64,000 nucleotides of DNA from Blasia pusilla (Eukaryota). The stretch covers positions 20,522,001-20,586,000 of the forward strand of contig CM114271.1 in the NCBI GenBank assembly GCA_050084515.1, given 5' to 3'. The notes beneath the pieces are model-generated. The model had not been told where the DNA came from. It searched no databases and saw only the letters and a list, made by a program, of their open reading frames with translations. Shown here one piece after another: positions 50,187 to 64,000 of this stretch; the stretch's first letter is position 1; each line of letters starts with the position of its first letter. Made by a program: the position numbers and the translations under genes.

Positions 50187-51448
50187 ATAGGGGAACTTAT
50201 TAGAGACTTCACCTTGTATCAACGACTACTGCACTCATAAGGTCCGCCCTTACTCGAAAAAAATCTCTGGACACGACAACGCATTCCCCAAAACTCTAGA
50301 GACCACCTTCCGTAAGAAAAAGGGAACCTCTGCTCTGCAGTTCAATGGAAGGTCCATACAAATCCAAGGCGACCAACATTGCACAAGTGCAAACTCCCGA
50401 TAAGAGCCAAGAATCTCAAGCTCTACCGCGCATCAATCATAGGCAGCGTCCAAGTGATCAGCGAAACCTCCGACATTCTCTAAGACCCCTCCGAATCCCC
50501 CCTCCTCAACATTCATAACATGAAACGCGCGTCTGAATCTCAGACGACCATCGCAAATGTAAGCGCATAACAACATCCGAATAACTTCAATCCCTGATGC
50601 GATCAATCGCAAGACCTGCACCGCTACCAGCCATGATTGACCGAGCACACCACGTCGTTAATCGATCAACATTTACAGTCCTCTGAAGCCTCCATCCCCT
50701 TGTCGCCTTCTTCCTCTCTGCAATTCACTCTGCTCGTTTGCTTTGCTTCATCCTTCGCTCGCCTCCTCTACCACTCGACTTCCATGTGTGCGCTCTATTG
50801 TTGAGGCGTTGCAAGGCCGACTACACGGCACGACAAACGAACAATGTCCTTAGGTATTGCGGCACATTCTGTAATAAGTGTCAGGGTACGAACATAGGTC
50901 GCAATGACGCTGCCGAAAGGGACCAAACGCATCTCAAGTAGTGGTGAGTTGGTCGCAAGGAAGGAAGGAGTGAGTGCAATCACGTTCCTTGTCATCCGGA
51001 CCCGGTCCCATGGGACATACGACCATTAAACCAATTTACCATTATTATATTATTTGTATTGTAATTGGTAAGTGTTCCTTCAACTAATATGATTGTTTTC
51101 AATTCATACAAACAATAAAATATTTTAAAATGAAATTTGATCATTTTGAAAGTTAATTTTGATTGGGAGAGGTAGTTGAAACTCGGTTCTTCGCACTTGC
51201 CCGCACTAGTTTTACATAAATGGGTTTCCGTCTTCCTAATGCACTATCCCAATCAATGACCACCTCATCCTGCGTTGAATTGAAGGTAAGAATCAACATC
51301 CACCATTTTTCATTTCATGCGGTTCGCACGACCACATGTGTAGTCTAGCTGTGTCCATTTACACATGAAATGTTGATCGTTAGGTGCTATCTTCCGCACT
51401 TGAATGATGCCCAAATTGGATCCATTTATTTTTTAAATCGTGAGGTGT

Positions 51449-52336
51449 TTAAGAGCAGAACATTCGAGAAAACAAGTGATCATGCCCACCCTGGAAAATA
51501 TCCAACAATGGAGAAGTGGCGTGGGCCTCCTGTATCGGACGATTTGCATACCTAGTCAAGAAAGTCTCGGTTACTCTAGCAATTCTGTGTTGCAGTTTGG
51601 CTGCTTCCAAAGGGCCTGTGACGTTTAATCTCGTACCAGCTGACATGATGTCCCTTAAGGCCAGAAATAAGTATGCACGTTGCGATGTGCTTGCATCCAC
51701 ACCCAGCAATCCACATAGAACTCCAAACAGGGGAGCATGGTGAGGATTTGTAGCGCGGGGAGCATAAGTACATTTCCGCATCACCTGCAACTCAGGTAGC
51801 TCAGTAAACACGGTCACCCCAGTTCGTAGAAGTGCCGAGCCTTGAGTCAGCGAGGCCTTGCGAGCTATATGATTAGTAAGCGTCGAGTGCAAGATTCTGT
51901 TCAGTTCCAACCAGCATTCGGTGTTGGGAAGCTTGTTGCCGGCAAAGATAAAGGGCAACAGCAGGGCTGCACTATTCTGCAGTGCATTGATTGCAAACTT
52001 CTCGAGTGAGACGGAATCATGAACTGATCCAACTTGAAAGGCCGACTCCAGACCATAGGAGTGGGCAAAGCCACCCGTAGGAAAGAGGGAATCCACCAAC
52101 TGCCACATCGTCCAATCCATAGAACCATTCCTCATCGGCGAAGCTCTCCCACATTCGTCATCACTACCAGGGTCGTGCTCATCCAATCTTGAGAAACGTG
52201 CGGGAGACTTGCCATCCTTTCGAATAGAAACATCGTCCAGAAAACCTGTCACTAACTTGAGAGCGCATCCCTCAATCGAAGTACGGTCCTCAACATCTTT
52301 CACCACATGATCACAGGAAACCTTATGACTCGCCAT
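51449..52336 (-). CDS. UreF: Urease accessory protein UreF (plant type, intronless CDS)
   Basis: 295-aa ORF with WQLVDSLFPTGGFAHSYGLE, RKASLTQGSALLR, HHAPLFG, LRDIMSAGTRLNVTGPLEA and C-terminal PLLDIFQGGHDHLFSRMFCS. Confidence 0.96.
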   Translation of the reverse strand: MASHKVSCDHVVKDVEDRTSIEGCALKLVTGFLDDVSIRKDGKSPARFSRLDEHDPGSDDECGRASPMRNGSMDWTMWQLVDSLFPTGGFAHSYGLESAFQVGSVHDSVSLEKFAINALQNSAALLLPFIFAGNKLPNTECWLELNRILHSTLTNHIARKASLTQGSALLRTGVTVFTELPELQVMRKCTYAPRATNPHHAPLFGVLCGLLGVDASTSQRAYLFLALRDIMSAGTRLNVTGPLEAAKLQHRIARVTETFLTRYANRPIQEAHATSPLLDIFQGGHDHLFSRMFCS

Positions 52337-53479
52337 CTAAGATCCTGGAGCACAACAATTCTCAAGAGGTGAGGGAATTCTGTGAAGCTACCAGGGCAGA
52401 ATTCCTCGATCAAGTTGTTCGACCACATTCTAGCTTGATGACTGACTTGCTGTCCTATGTAAGGTCCTCCCTACTCAAGACACCCAGTCAAAAACCTAGC
52501 GCTTAGTTTGATTGGCGCTGTTGTACAAGCAAAGCAATACACAAGCGGCCACAACAAGGCTTGTAATAATTATCATCTTCGTTTGCTCAAGCTTCGCGAT
52601 TACAACGTTCACTTCAAGCTCACCTGCAGCTCTGAGAATGAAGAGGGCACGTGCACAAGGATCTCAAGAACTAGACAAACGAAGGGACTCTCTGAATTCA
52701 CGGTAGTTCACAAAAAGCTCACAACCGGTATACTTCTGTCGGACAATAAAGCGGAGCAAACCACTATTGTCCGACAGTGATCAGTAGGTTCAAAATCGAC
52801 AGTGCAGGCTACTATCCGCTTCATAGCTCAAAACGTGCAACTCAGCTACCGTAGCGTACATGCAAACTCACGAAGTGCAGAGAGGTAGAGCAATGACGTC
52901 ACAATTGACAGACAGAATCGAGGCACAGATCGAGAGGGAGCACTCATCCGTCGCGTCAACGTTAGCTAAACTCTACATCACACCCCCCTGAATCACGAAG
53001 CCCAAGACGCACACTGAAGCGCTCGCAAAAGTTCATAGACCACACAACCAGAGTGGAGACGCAATGCCAAGCTACAATTGTTACAAGCGAGGAAGGGGCA
53101 GATCAGCGCTCCGATATTTACGTCACGCGCCGAACTCAGCGCTCTTCAAAGCTGATATCGGAAAATATCCTTCCGAGAGGAACGAATCGGAGACCGATCT
53201 CACCTTATCTGTCAATTAGCACAAAACCGTCTGTCGTAGACAAAATTGACGCAATGCTCGCGACGAGAGCAGCTACGAAAAACATCAATTAACGAAGTAG
53301 AGGAATCCAGCACCGCAGCAGCAGATCAGATCCGACAGACCGACACATACTTATCTGACGAGAATCGGAATACTACGACACCGAGAGATAACGGGAAGTC
53401 ACGAAGGACTGATAACGATGCGGTGACGGCGGACGCAGGATGTATGTGATAGCAATCGGTCATAGATTGCCTTGGCCTC

Positions 53480-53629
53480 GCATTGAAGATGAGTATGAGA
53501 GAGCCCCTACACGCAGGTGGGTCGGGTTGGATGCGGGATCACCTCGACACACGGCATTGAAGATGCGCATGAGGGAGCCCCTACACGCAGGTGGGTCGGG
53601 TTGGATGCGGGATCAGCTCGACACACGGC
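53480..53629. repeat. 74-bp GC-rich tandem duplication
   Basis: cattgaagatg...gagcccctacacgcaggtgggtcgggttggatgcgggatca.ctcgacacacgg at 53481 and 53555. Confidence 0.9.
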
Positions 53630-56600
53630 TTCTGGGTCGAACCACGGATATTTGCAAAGGCGGCCGGGTATCGGGCAACCGACATTTTGGACGCCGACCG
53701 AAGAGGACGTCCGACGATTGACGGATGGCTCCCGTCGACGCCGTCCATACCAAGTCCGTAGTCGACGGATCCAAGACTGACGCATAGCCGGAAGTTGTCT
53801 GGCTGTTTAGGATTTCCGTTTAGGTTTAGCGCTAGTTGGCATCGCTGATTTGGGGACCTTTGCGTTGTCATTGTTGCTATGGTGTTTGAGTTCGTGTGTT
53901 TCGTTCTGGATCCCCTCTCTGTTACCTTTCACCATTTGTGTGTTAGTTGTCTGTCTAGATCCTCTATGCGTGTTCACGTTCTCGTGTGGGCATCAGGTTC
54001 GGTACGAAGTGTTTATGTTCGATACCATCATCACGCTCGACCAAGATTATCAAAGGCGGACGGGGACGGGGGTGTTGACAGTTTCCGTCTCTCTTCATGA
54101 GTTTCCATTTGGAAACTCACACCCCTGCGAATATTATCTTCACCATCACTGAGGCCCGACTAAAAGCTGGGCGAAATCGCACATCGGGGAAGGCGTTTAG
54201 GACTTGCTCCACTCTAGTACTAGAACGTTGCTATTTAGGCTTTCCTTAAGAATCCGCGCCTGTTGTCGATTTCTTCGTGCTAGGTTTATCTTGGGCGGAT
54301 CGGGGTCTCTAGCTCTCTAGCTCTTATTGTTCCGAAATCTTCAGCGATTTAGGAGCTACATGGAAGATACCAATAGTCAAACTATGTTAGATAGGCTCTC
54401 ATGTTTCCATGCCTTAAGCAATTTTTCCGCTTAGGGTAAATCTTGGGCGGATTGGGGTCTCCCGGGTAGCGAATACTCCCTTGGTCTCTGCCTCATTGCG
54501 CGTTCTTAGCATGCGTCTCTTGTTGATCGCCATGGCATTCTCTTATTGTCACTAGACATGGCATCTTGATTCTAAATGTCCGACATGGAGCGGATATGTC
54601 AATGCGGGGTTGTCGAAGGGGGTCGAATTGATCGAAGTTCAATTGGGCTTAATGTTCGCATATTAAGGAATGATAAGCAACAGACCAAAAATTGTGTGCA
54701 CCAAGAGGTTTAGGTAGGGTTTCTAGCATGAAGGCCATATTGCAATTTGCGATATGATTTAGCGCAATTAATTGTTTTAATCGTGTTTTAATCGTCGCTA
54801 GCATATCTGTCATCTCTGTGCTTCTGTAGTTGTCTATTTGGAATAAGAATCTTTGTCCGATTAATGTATTGTGATCTCTTTGCACCTGTAGCCGTCTATT
54901 TTGAATTAGATTCTTTGGCCGTGGTAAGTGCTAAGATTATGTAGGGGACCAGAAAAGTGGTCTTGCTAGAATGGCCGTGGGAGAACAATATGGGAAAGAT
55001 TGCGTTGTAAATGCAACTCACGTGATTTACATTCTACATCTGGATTGTGGACTTCAAATCGAAGGAGCTATCTATTAGAAGTCGTGAAGGTACACTTTAT
55101 TTCATGTTTGTCACATTGAATGTGTTCCATTCACCCAATGACTTCACGTTTACACTGGAATGAAAGTTTGTTTTTAGGTTGGAGTACGATTGTAGCAAAG
55201 ATATCAACCTTTGTATCGACATGGGCTTGTAGTAGTGGGAGGTAGTCCGATTACTGTAAAGGATAACTAGACTATGTCTATCCATCCAAAGTCCTTAGAC
55301 AATAGTGGTTTGCAACAAATTGTGGCATTAGTTGGTTTTAGTTTTCCACCAGCATAACAAAAGAAATTAATTTAATCAATATAAGAGTGTTTAGTTGGTG
55401 ATGAGAATGATTTCTCAATGACTGATTTTTTTTAATTACATCATCATTGATATTAGTAAAGTCGTTGGAATTTGTAGGAGTGCGATGGCTTGATGTTGGT
55501 GTACCAAATGGCATATTGAAATTTATTTCCTCTAGGTCATCTAAGTGGATAATAGAGGGTGGAGGTACATTTGCTTCTACATCAAGGAGCAGACCCAAAT
55601 TTTTGGCTTTCTCAATTTTTTTCATAAGGATGAGGGATTGAATGTATAAAAGGATCAACAAGGATTTCCATTGGTAACAAGAATGAATGTCGCAGTGTTG
55701 TCATTTGTTCTAGTATCATCCCGTCTGAGTATTTGTTCAATAGAGGAGTTGTTTTTGCTTTTTTTTTTTTAATTGTTGAAGCATCATATTCACATGATTT
55801 GATATCCGGTGCTTCTTTTTGAATTCCTATTACAAGTGAAAAAGTCATGTATGTTGATCGTCTTAAGGAAGGAAAGATTATATGAAATGTAGAGAAAAAT
55901 AAACTTACACTACTCGAAACAAAAATAAATTTACCTATAGCATATGGTGATTTGCCTCATATTCTAAATTCAATTGATCATTATTTCTTTTCTTTAATAA
56001 GTCGAGACATAGTTTGTCTACTTATTCTACATTTCCATACTGAGGGCATCATACCAAGGATATCCGCATACTTAATTTGAGATGACGTGACACGATTGGC
56101 TATGGGATCAGTTGGAGTTTCATCATTTGGAATGTCTTTCAGAAGCATCTAGGCAAAGTCGCTTTTGACTGCAAGGCCCTTAAAGATGATAAAACTTTAG
56201 GTGAAAAAAAAATGAAAAATTGCAAAGTCTAGCAAAATGAAATATATGTTACCTTAAAATCTTTATCAATTGCATGAGCTTTTGACACAATTGTATGTGT
56301 GGATTGAAAAGGTATATTTGAATCCTTTGGAATGAATGATGGAGTCAAATGGTCTATTTTGTTAGATATTGTTGTAATATTTGAAGTTGAAGTAGAGTCA
56401 ATGTCTTGAAAATTCAATCGTTCAACAACCTAACTGATTGCTTTAGATGTAGCGCTCGTTTCTGAAAACTTGATATCAAGTCTTATTGGTGAATTTTCAA
56501 CAACTTAAGAACATCACCATAAATTTTCTCCAATAGATTGGCCAAAGACCAAAAAATCTTTAGGTAATCAATTGCCAAAAAAAATCATCTTTTCTTTTAT

Positions 56601-57399
56601 TGTGACTCTTGACAACATTACATAAAGTAATCCCATAGCGAACACATCTTTTATAACTAAAAGGCAATGACCAAAAATGGTTGCGCCTTACGATTTGTGA
56701 CCAGTCATGGCATAACCAAACACAAGTGGAAATATTTTTGTGAAATTTCAATCGTCCATGTGGATGCATGAATTGGTATTCCATACGTCTGATATATATA
56801 TAAGGTTTCCATTTTTTACTAATTTTACTACAATAGATAAAACTAAATTTAGATTATAGATGAAGTATATCAACGATTCAACAAGAACCAAGCTACCATT
56901 GGCTGCTCCTTTTGAAAAATGTATTTTTGATGTTAAGTAAATTTTTTTGGATTCTCAACATCCACTTCTCTCAACACCATTAATCTGATCCGCCCCTTTG
57001 TATGAGGAGAAGCCTAGATTGATAGTTCCGACTTAAACGTCGAAGGAATCAAAGTAATATGAGGTAGGTGGTTTATAGAACAACATTATTAGGATTGTCT
57101 AACCCTATATTGCATCAAGATGCCCCTCATCCTGATGCGATATTTTTTTATAAATAGAAATGAAGAAAAAATAGGTAAAAAATCCTAGTTTCCCAAGTAA
57201 TGAAATAGTCAGGAGCGGCATCAATAGCGAATTCTCAAATGTCGAGTTTTCTCCATGTTCAAGTTCCACCAAAGCTCTTTTGTGAGCGCACGAACAGACT
57301 ATGCCGCTATAGCACTTTGTATCTCCAAGATTTGTAATATATTTCAATGATTCGTCACATTCCGTTTTCTCACAAATTTTGGAATCAATGGCCAAAAAC

Positions 57400-60300
57400 G
57401 GTGGTTGATGGAAATTGTCATCCGCAATCCAAGCATCTAAAGTTCTATCACAATGTGCATTTGTATCAATAAGGATAGGTACTATAGAATCTTCACCAAA
57501 AAATTATCTTAACGCTAAATTTTTAGATGTTCTTACATTTGATATGTGAGTACATATTATAATGGTGTTAATATCTATAAAGTTGTGAGCTTTAATTTCT
57601 ATTACATAGCACATAGCTAAATTTATGTCTACACAATTATGAGTTGGAATAGTTGTTCGAATGAAATTCAAAAAAGACATGTGTGGAGGATCCAAACGTT
57701 GTTTGAAGTTTGTCAAAAGAGATATTTGGTTAAACTTAATGGTAAAAAAATAGGAAAGTTGGGTAAATAACATTGTTCATAAAGTGAACCATAAGAGTGT
57801 TTGCAAATTGGTGGTAATTGACACATGTCACTAAGAAATATGACTAGTTTACTGGAGAAAGGATTAAAACCTTCAGTAAGCGTCACTTAGTTTACTCGCA
57901 TGGCTATGGTCTATAGAATATGAGGGACATCACAAAGCATTCTTCAATAATGATTACATTTGAATTCTTAAGGTTATGAAATTGATCGGAAGCAATGTGC
58001 AAAGGAGGCTCATCACCACATATAGGTATAGAAAATGCAGTGTGGACAATGGTTGCATAGATATGTAACCTAACAACATCAACATCAGTCGTTGATGTCA
58101 ATAAAACACGTAAGTTTCTATTTTCCTAGTGTTTTGTCATATAGTTAATAAAGAATTACTTTCCAAAACCAGGTGGTCCATTCCAAAGATAAAATCATAC
58201 AGAAAAATTTTCAAGAGTAAAAAAGTCTCTAGTTGGTCTATAGATAAAGTGGAAAGGGTAGGGTTTGGATGTAAATCTTTATGTACAGTATTTGTTTCTT
58301 CATCATCATGAAAAAGGTGTGTTGGAATGGCAAGCAAAAAGCTTCGTCATATAATTCATGTGTCATAAAATCTACCTTTTTTTCCACATGTCTTTCAAGT
58401 GAAGTGAACTCCACAAATTCATTGTGTCATAGTATGTAATTAACTTCTCAATATCAGCAATATCTTTTATGATTTTCCTATGAACTAGTTCATGTAAGTA
58501 GCTCAATTTCACTGAGTCTACATAAAGTAGTAGTTGTTCTATTCTAAAATACACAACACTTAGGAGTACATTGTTAAAAAAAAACCATTCTTATGATGTA
58601 TTGGACTGTGATATATAAATCTCATAAGTTGCCTAGTCCTATATACATAATTACCTAATGAGCCAATTGATATAAAGTTTACAGTTTTTTTGGATTTACT
58701 TTTGAGAACTTCATAGTCATGCTAGTATGATATGAATGTACACATTGATGAGCATTCAGGTCTGTAGTAATAAATCTAAGTAGGAAGTAAACATAATATA
58801 CCCGACTTTTGGTAAAGACTAGAACATCTTCAAGGAGGACTGGAGTCTATATACAACATACTTTCACATCTGTAAATGATAGGGATTTGCAAAACTGATA
58901 ATGCTTCTTCTGTTGAGCATATGGATCTATTCAAAACAACACCTAAAACTAGTTTCAATTGGATGTCATGTAATCCTTCAAGTCTTACATTTTTTTTGTT
59001 TCTGTATCAATATCAAGAGGTCATATTGGCTCACATTTTAATTCATACTTCAAGAGATAGAATGATCAATCTACATTTGTTATTCGTTGTAAATTCATAT
59101 GGGCTCTCCATAATAACAATACTAATTGATGGTATGCAACCATATTTCTATCTTCCCAACTCGCTCTATAATATATCCATCGTTGAGTAATTTCATTAAT
59201 ATAAAGAGTAAATTTAAGGTTTTCCGAGGTTGGAAATCCAAAACGTTGCAAAGTCTCATTTTCCAAATTTTCAAATGTCAAACATGTTGAAGGTCTACAT
59301 ATATGAAATTGTTTGTGCATCATAAAGTCAAAAAGTATAAATTCATAAGTATCATTCATGGGTGGAATAAAAGTATTGTTTATTTTTTCATATCTAGCAA
59401 GAACATAAGCGCATATCTCAGAAGTAGTTGTGGCTATATCTTTAAAGTGACATCAAAATATAATGTGAGCAAGCAAAGATCATCTTCCTTGCATCTCATA
59501 TCGTATGACATGATGTTCAATTCTACCTAAGATACATACTCCATGGAGAATATATTTTCGAAGAAAAAATTGTAGACGAACGTTTAAAAGGATAGCGCAT
59601 TCTACATGAGCATCTTTCCAAGTGAAATAAGGGCTGAGGCGTTTAATAACATCCTCTACATAGTTTAATTCACACCATCTTCATGTGTTCATTTCATCAT
59701 AGGTCAATATGAGGAAGAAATGCGGCATACCCAATTCAACAACCATTGTTTTAAGATCTCTTAGATGTTTTCTATGCCAAGATGGACCACCAGAAATTTG
59801 AGGGTTAAGGGCATGTTTAGATAAGCATTGATACCATTCTATTTCATTCATATCTGGATTACTTACTTGTAGCTTAGTTAGTTCATTGTTGAGGATGCAA
59901 GATTAAGTAGAAGATGCGACGATGATAAATTTTCTTAGCTGATACATGCAAAGTAAATATGGTTTAAGTAAAATGAAGGGTGAAAACAATTGTTTTATTC
60001 TTTAATGTAAATATTCAAAAATGTAGTTTACCCTCGGTATAATGACCCCTAAGATAAGGAAAGAGAAAAGGAAAAATACTAGTCTCTAAAGTAAGCATAG
60101 AATCATCTATTAATCCTTGATGGTTTGTTATAAAGGTTAATTTAACATTTGATGTTTTTATATACTGAATACTACCATTCTCAAATACATCAAATGAGGT
60201 TTTGCGATGTACAGGTATGAAATATGAAGTGTCTTGCAAAATATTTAAATCCGGCCTATAAGGATCTATGTCCATTGCATGAGTCAATGGTCCTTCTTTG

Positions 60301-60800
60301 TGCAAAAATTTTAAGATTTTGTTAACAGATTTTGAAGGTAATATGACCAAGCCTGATATTACGCTTGGGAATTCTATAAGTGTCAGGTATCGGGAATACA
60401 ATGGATTTACTTGTAGATTTATTAACAATAATTTTATAATATCTTTATAAATATCTGAAATATTACTACATTGTAATGTTTTCATGTCCCAATTGATAAA
60501 GGGGCTATCTAGTGGGGAATTTATTCTAAAGAAGCCATCATGGAATCTATACTTGAGTCTACTATAGATAACAATTATAAATTCAGTAGGTTTACAACAA
60601 GTAAGTCTCTAATATATAACGGAGTCATATATACTTATTGGGATTATTGTTGCATATTTCACATATGTAATATGAATTTTTGTTGGGTATTATATATTTT
60701 TTCATATATGCATTACATATAGCATATGAAGGGTACGTACTGGATAATTTATTTTTATGACAGGGATGTAGAATTTGCCCAATCTAGTTGAGCCATATTT
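57400..60800 (-). mobile_element. Decayed Helitron RepHel (HUH Rep plus Pif1 helicase) relic
   Basis: LETSIFPFLFPYLRGHY; ISGGPSWHRKHLRDLKTMVVELGMPHFFLILTYDE (Rep motif 1, ~59695-59825); RYEMQGR*SLLAHII (HUH motif, ~59460-59503); GPPGFGK (Walker A, ~58160-58180); NVIIIEEC (Walker B-like). Boundaries approximate. Confidence 0.8.
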
Positions 60801-63800
60801 TCCATAACATTGCATAGTATTGATAATCATGGAACATAATTATGTCCATGTTTTTATGAATGATGTAGCAGAGTACCATGATTTACGTGGTGGCTTCCGG
60901 TTTTTTTTTTGTTGTTCAAGGTGCAGAGAGAAGCTTTATTTCTATGTCTTTGACTTACTCTAGTTAAAAAATGATTTTTGTGAACCATATTTTAGATTTA
61001 AAATTATGTGGATATATACTAATGTTAAAGATAGCACAAGAAGATGCAGATAACAAAGCAATGTTCAATGTGAAATAAACTTTCAAGAGGTATTGTTAGA
61101 AATTTTGTACTTGTGAATGAGTGAAAACTTTGGTGCCGGATTACTTTTAGAAATAGAAGATAATCTAAATTGTGTACTTTGCTATGATTTGCGCTCTAAA
61201 AAATAGCAAAAAAAATGAATCATGATTTGCGATCTGAAAAGAAATATAGAAAACGAAAAAAATATGCATTTTTCACAATTGAAACATGAAAGACATTCTT
61301 AAAAAATTTCAAGGCCTAAACTCTAAAGCAAAAACATGCATTTCAATATAAATACAATTTTCATATATTAAGTGCATTTTATTTTATGCCATTTTGTTAT
61401 CATTTACATCACACATATACAATCTTGTTTTTAACTTGTATGTCAATGATGCTAAGATAACAAAAAAATAATATGTTATGCTTTGATATAATAATATACT
61501 TGGTCCGTTTTTTTTTAAATAATTAAAACACATAACTCATCAAAACAAATGTATTTTGTAGATAGAATTGAAAGGATCAATATAGTTAATGGATCAAAGA
61601 TAAGTACAACTATTAATATTTTAATCGTGCACATGGATTTCTTTACCATTTCATTATTGTGAATAGCAATCTTAATCCTTTAGAGAATTGGATCTTACAA
61701 AGTCAAAAATTTTCACTACTACACAGAAATTTTAAGACTGCTCCAACAAGAAGGCAAATTTTTTTAATGTATTTGTGAAGAGGAAGTTATTAATACCAAT
61801 TATAGCAAGGTTTATGAGAATATTCATTTTTATCAATGTTTTCTATTTTCAAGGAATATGACATACCTCCTTTACAATTGAAAAGAAAGTTCATGTCTCC
61901 CTTTGCAAATGGTCATATTCTTTTGTCGATATGTGAATTTTTCGTGCTTATCTCAACATTTCAGATTGTTATTAGAAAAACATGAAAATTTTGCCATAAA
62001 CAAAAAATAATCATTTTTTGTGGCGTTATCCAGTATTTAGTAGTGGATTTGCTTCTATGAATGTTGTTTAAGTACGCAAAGACATAATATTATTGCTTGT
62101 CAAATGCAAATTGTGCACATTGTAGAGGGAGAAAAATCAAAATGCATAGAAGCTCTTGGAGCATTTGTATTAATCAAACAGAAAATTTGCTATGGGAGGA
62201 ACTGCAATTACATCTTTAGCGATTAGTGCATATGCACTTGCAACACAGACATGATAAACAAAATTGTTGAGCTTAAGCAAAAATATGATGTTTCAGCTTT
62301 TACAACAACAATAGAGGGATGGAATTACCTAATAAACTCAATAAGAAAAAATACTTGAACTGTGAAGTGTATTATGCACGAACTAGATACATGTTAGAGT
62401 GTGGTTGATGAAGAACATGTGATCTTGGCCATGATAATGAGACTTACTGAAAGTTATACAACCTTGAACACAACTATGTGCAATCAAACCTCTTGACTTT
62501 AGAGAGTCTCCTAATTTCTCTTCTCAAGAAAGAGATAAGAAAGAGGAAGATAAACGGTATATCTTTAACTCAATATAACCAAAGTAGAGGCAAATATATG
62601 TTGGAAGAGTGGGGTTGTCTTCTCAAAGACGCCCAGTATTAGAGCTAAGGAAGAAATGCCATATTATGGAGGAACTTCAAAGTGTAAATGTCTGTACCAT
62701 GCTCTCTTTCCTGTATGGACTCTTTCTTTTACCTCGGTACCTATACATTTATAATTGAAAGGTCTAATTTTGTGTACCTTCAAGTTCCTTTCACAATTGC
62801 CATGTTCAGCATCTATCACATGAAAGAACTCTATTGGATTTGATTTAGATGGTGGGGGAAGGTTATGGTTAATGCCACATATATTAAAGGATTGGATCAT
62901 TTGTTGGTTTGGACTAATTTACAATAAAGGTTCTCGTAGTTTGAGCAGCAAGAGAGTGATCTTTTTAGAAATGGCCAATGGAGGACTTTTTTAATGAGGA
63001 GAATGTCACGTTTTTAATGAGGGGAATACTAAAATATTGGAGATATTTTAGTACTTCTTGTCTCGTTGTTTGGATGGCATGAGTTAGCATAGGATCGTTT
63101 GTGTTTGTGTTTGTGTTCGGTTACAACGATGTATGTTGTGTAGCGATGTGTATGCGCACAACAGGAACAAGAAGGTGTATGTTGGTTAGGACACACGGAA
63201 ATCTCCAGATTTGACATTGAATATACAATGAAGATCTTTGGGTTCACAAGAAGTATTGTGGAGATGGTCTTAGAATTGTTTGAGCATGAAGAGAAAGGAG
63301 TTGCTTATATTTTTGTCAATAATCCACAATAGGGCTATTAAATTGGTGGTCTCAAGAGTACAAGTGAGCCATTACCAAATGAAGGGAAGTGTTTGTCAGT
63401 TATGCAAGGAAAAAGAAGGATTAAACCTTATGTGCGGAGTATGTGGCATTGCTGAAAAAGACTTAATTTATGGTCCAACAAGCAGAAAATGAACCCAATG
63501 ACATACACATCTATCAATCACAATTTGTTGACAATAAGAGAATTATGGATAAGGAGTGCAGAAATTATCCAAGGCCAAAGAGAGAATGACATGAAGGCCC
63601 TTAGGGGAAAAGATGTTGAGATAGTGACCACAACCAAGCATATTAGGCCAGTGTTGGTCAATACCTACAAAGAGCTAGATAGCAAGGCATACGGGATAAC
63701 ATAACTTTGAGAAGTGGATTGTCTAAAGATCCAACCGGTAGTTGGTAGTTGGTGAGTGAACTATTGCATCGTGGAGATGTTGCGATAGATTTTTTTCTAG

Positions 63801-64000
63801 TGATTTTCTTCATCCTGGTTGGGTGAGCAGAATTCATTTCGGAGATATTGACATTGAGAGCCATTTTGGCTCTCTTCATAAAAGCTAAATGTGAAGACAA
63901 TAAGAATTATAGGTAGATCCCATGGTTGAGTGTGGTTGGGAAGTTGTTGTGTCAAATCCTTAATATTACAATCTTCTTATACTTGGATGTGAATGATTAT

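Larger units (their letters stand above)
49165..50200 (+). mobile_element. Diverged gypsy relic: LTR-like segment, leader and the ORF-A/ORF-B cassette, truncated before gag
   Basis: 49340-49440 resembles the chromovirus LTR core (gagagggagccatgtggcacaagataagattagctc...gagtacataaacaagagg versus gagagtaggacacgtggcataatgataggtagagcta...aagtatataaaggaagagg). The leader motif ttccaa.(g/a)agagtggatta occurs twice. ORF-A and ORF-B homologs follow. Boundaries approximate. Confidence 0.6.

Noticed and set aside
50678-50696. Possible first exon ATGGAGGCTTCAGAGGACT|GT on the minus strand
   Set aside because: No downstream exon gives a continuing, recognisable frame.
52436-52990. Possible LTR (TGATG...CATCA followed by a purine tract on the minus strand) directly upstream of UreF
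   Set aside because: There is no partner LTR, TSD or retroelement coding sequence, and the purine tract coincides with a good splice acceptor. A UreF 5'-UTR exon is the simpler reading.
62660-63900. Possible degenerate RT/RNase H on the minus strand
   Set aside because: Only weak motif echoes; no clear YxDD motif or domain order.

Overview
This is eukaryotic plant nuclear DNA, very probably from a liverwort, because the embedded organelle fragments translate to Marchantia-like petA, rpl32 and rps13. It holds three host genes: TOM20 (minus strand, continues off the left edge), a 17-exon carnosine N-methyltransferase-like gene (plus) and the urease accessory gene UreF (minus, intronless CDS). 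The rest is mostly transposon layers. There is a full-length decayed Ty1/copia element (307-bp LTRs, TSD CATAT) with a younger Ty3/gypsy chromovirus nested antisense inside it (TSD CTAAG), a second truncated copia copy, a CACTA relic with long inverted repeats, and two Helitron relics. One Helitron helicase is split by a ~1.6-kb mosaic of mitochondrial and plastid fragments. The most novel signal is two small tandem ORFs (~72 and 66 aa) between the chromovirus PBS and gag. They recur, colinear and with mostly synonymous divergence, in a distant gypsy relic at ~49.8-50.2 kb, and they also resemble each other. This suggests an undescribed, selected accessory-protein cassette in a bryophyte chromovirus. 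All family assignments come from recalled motifs; no database searches were run.
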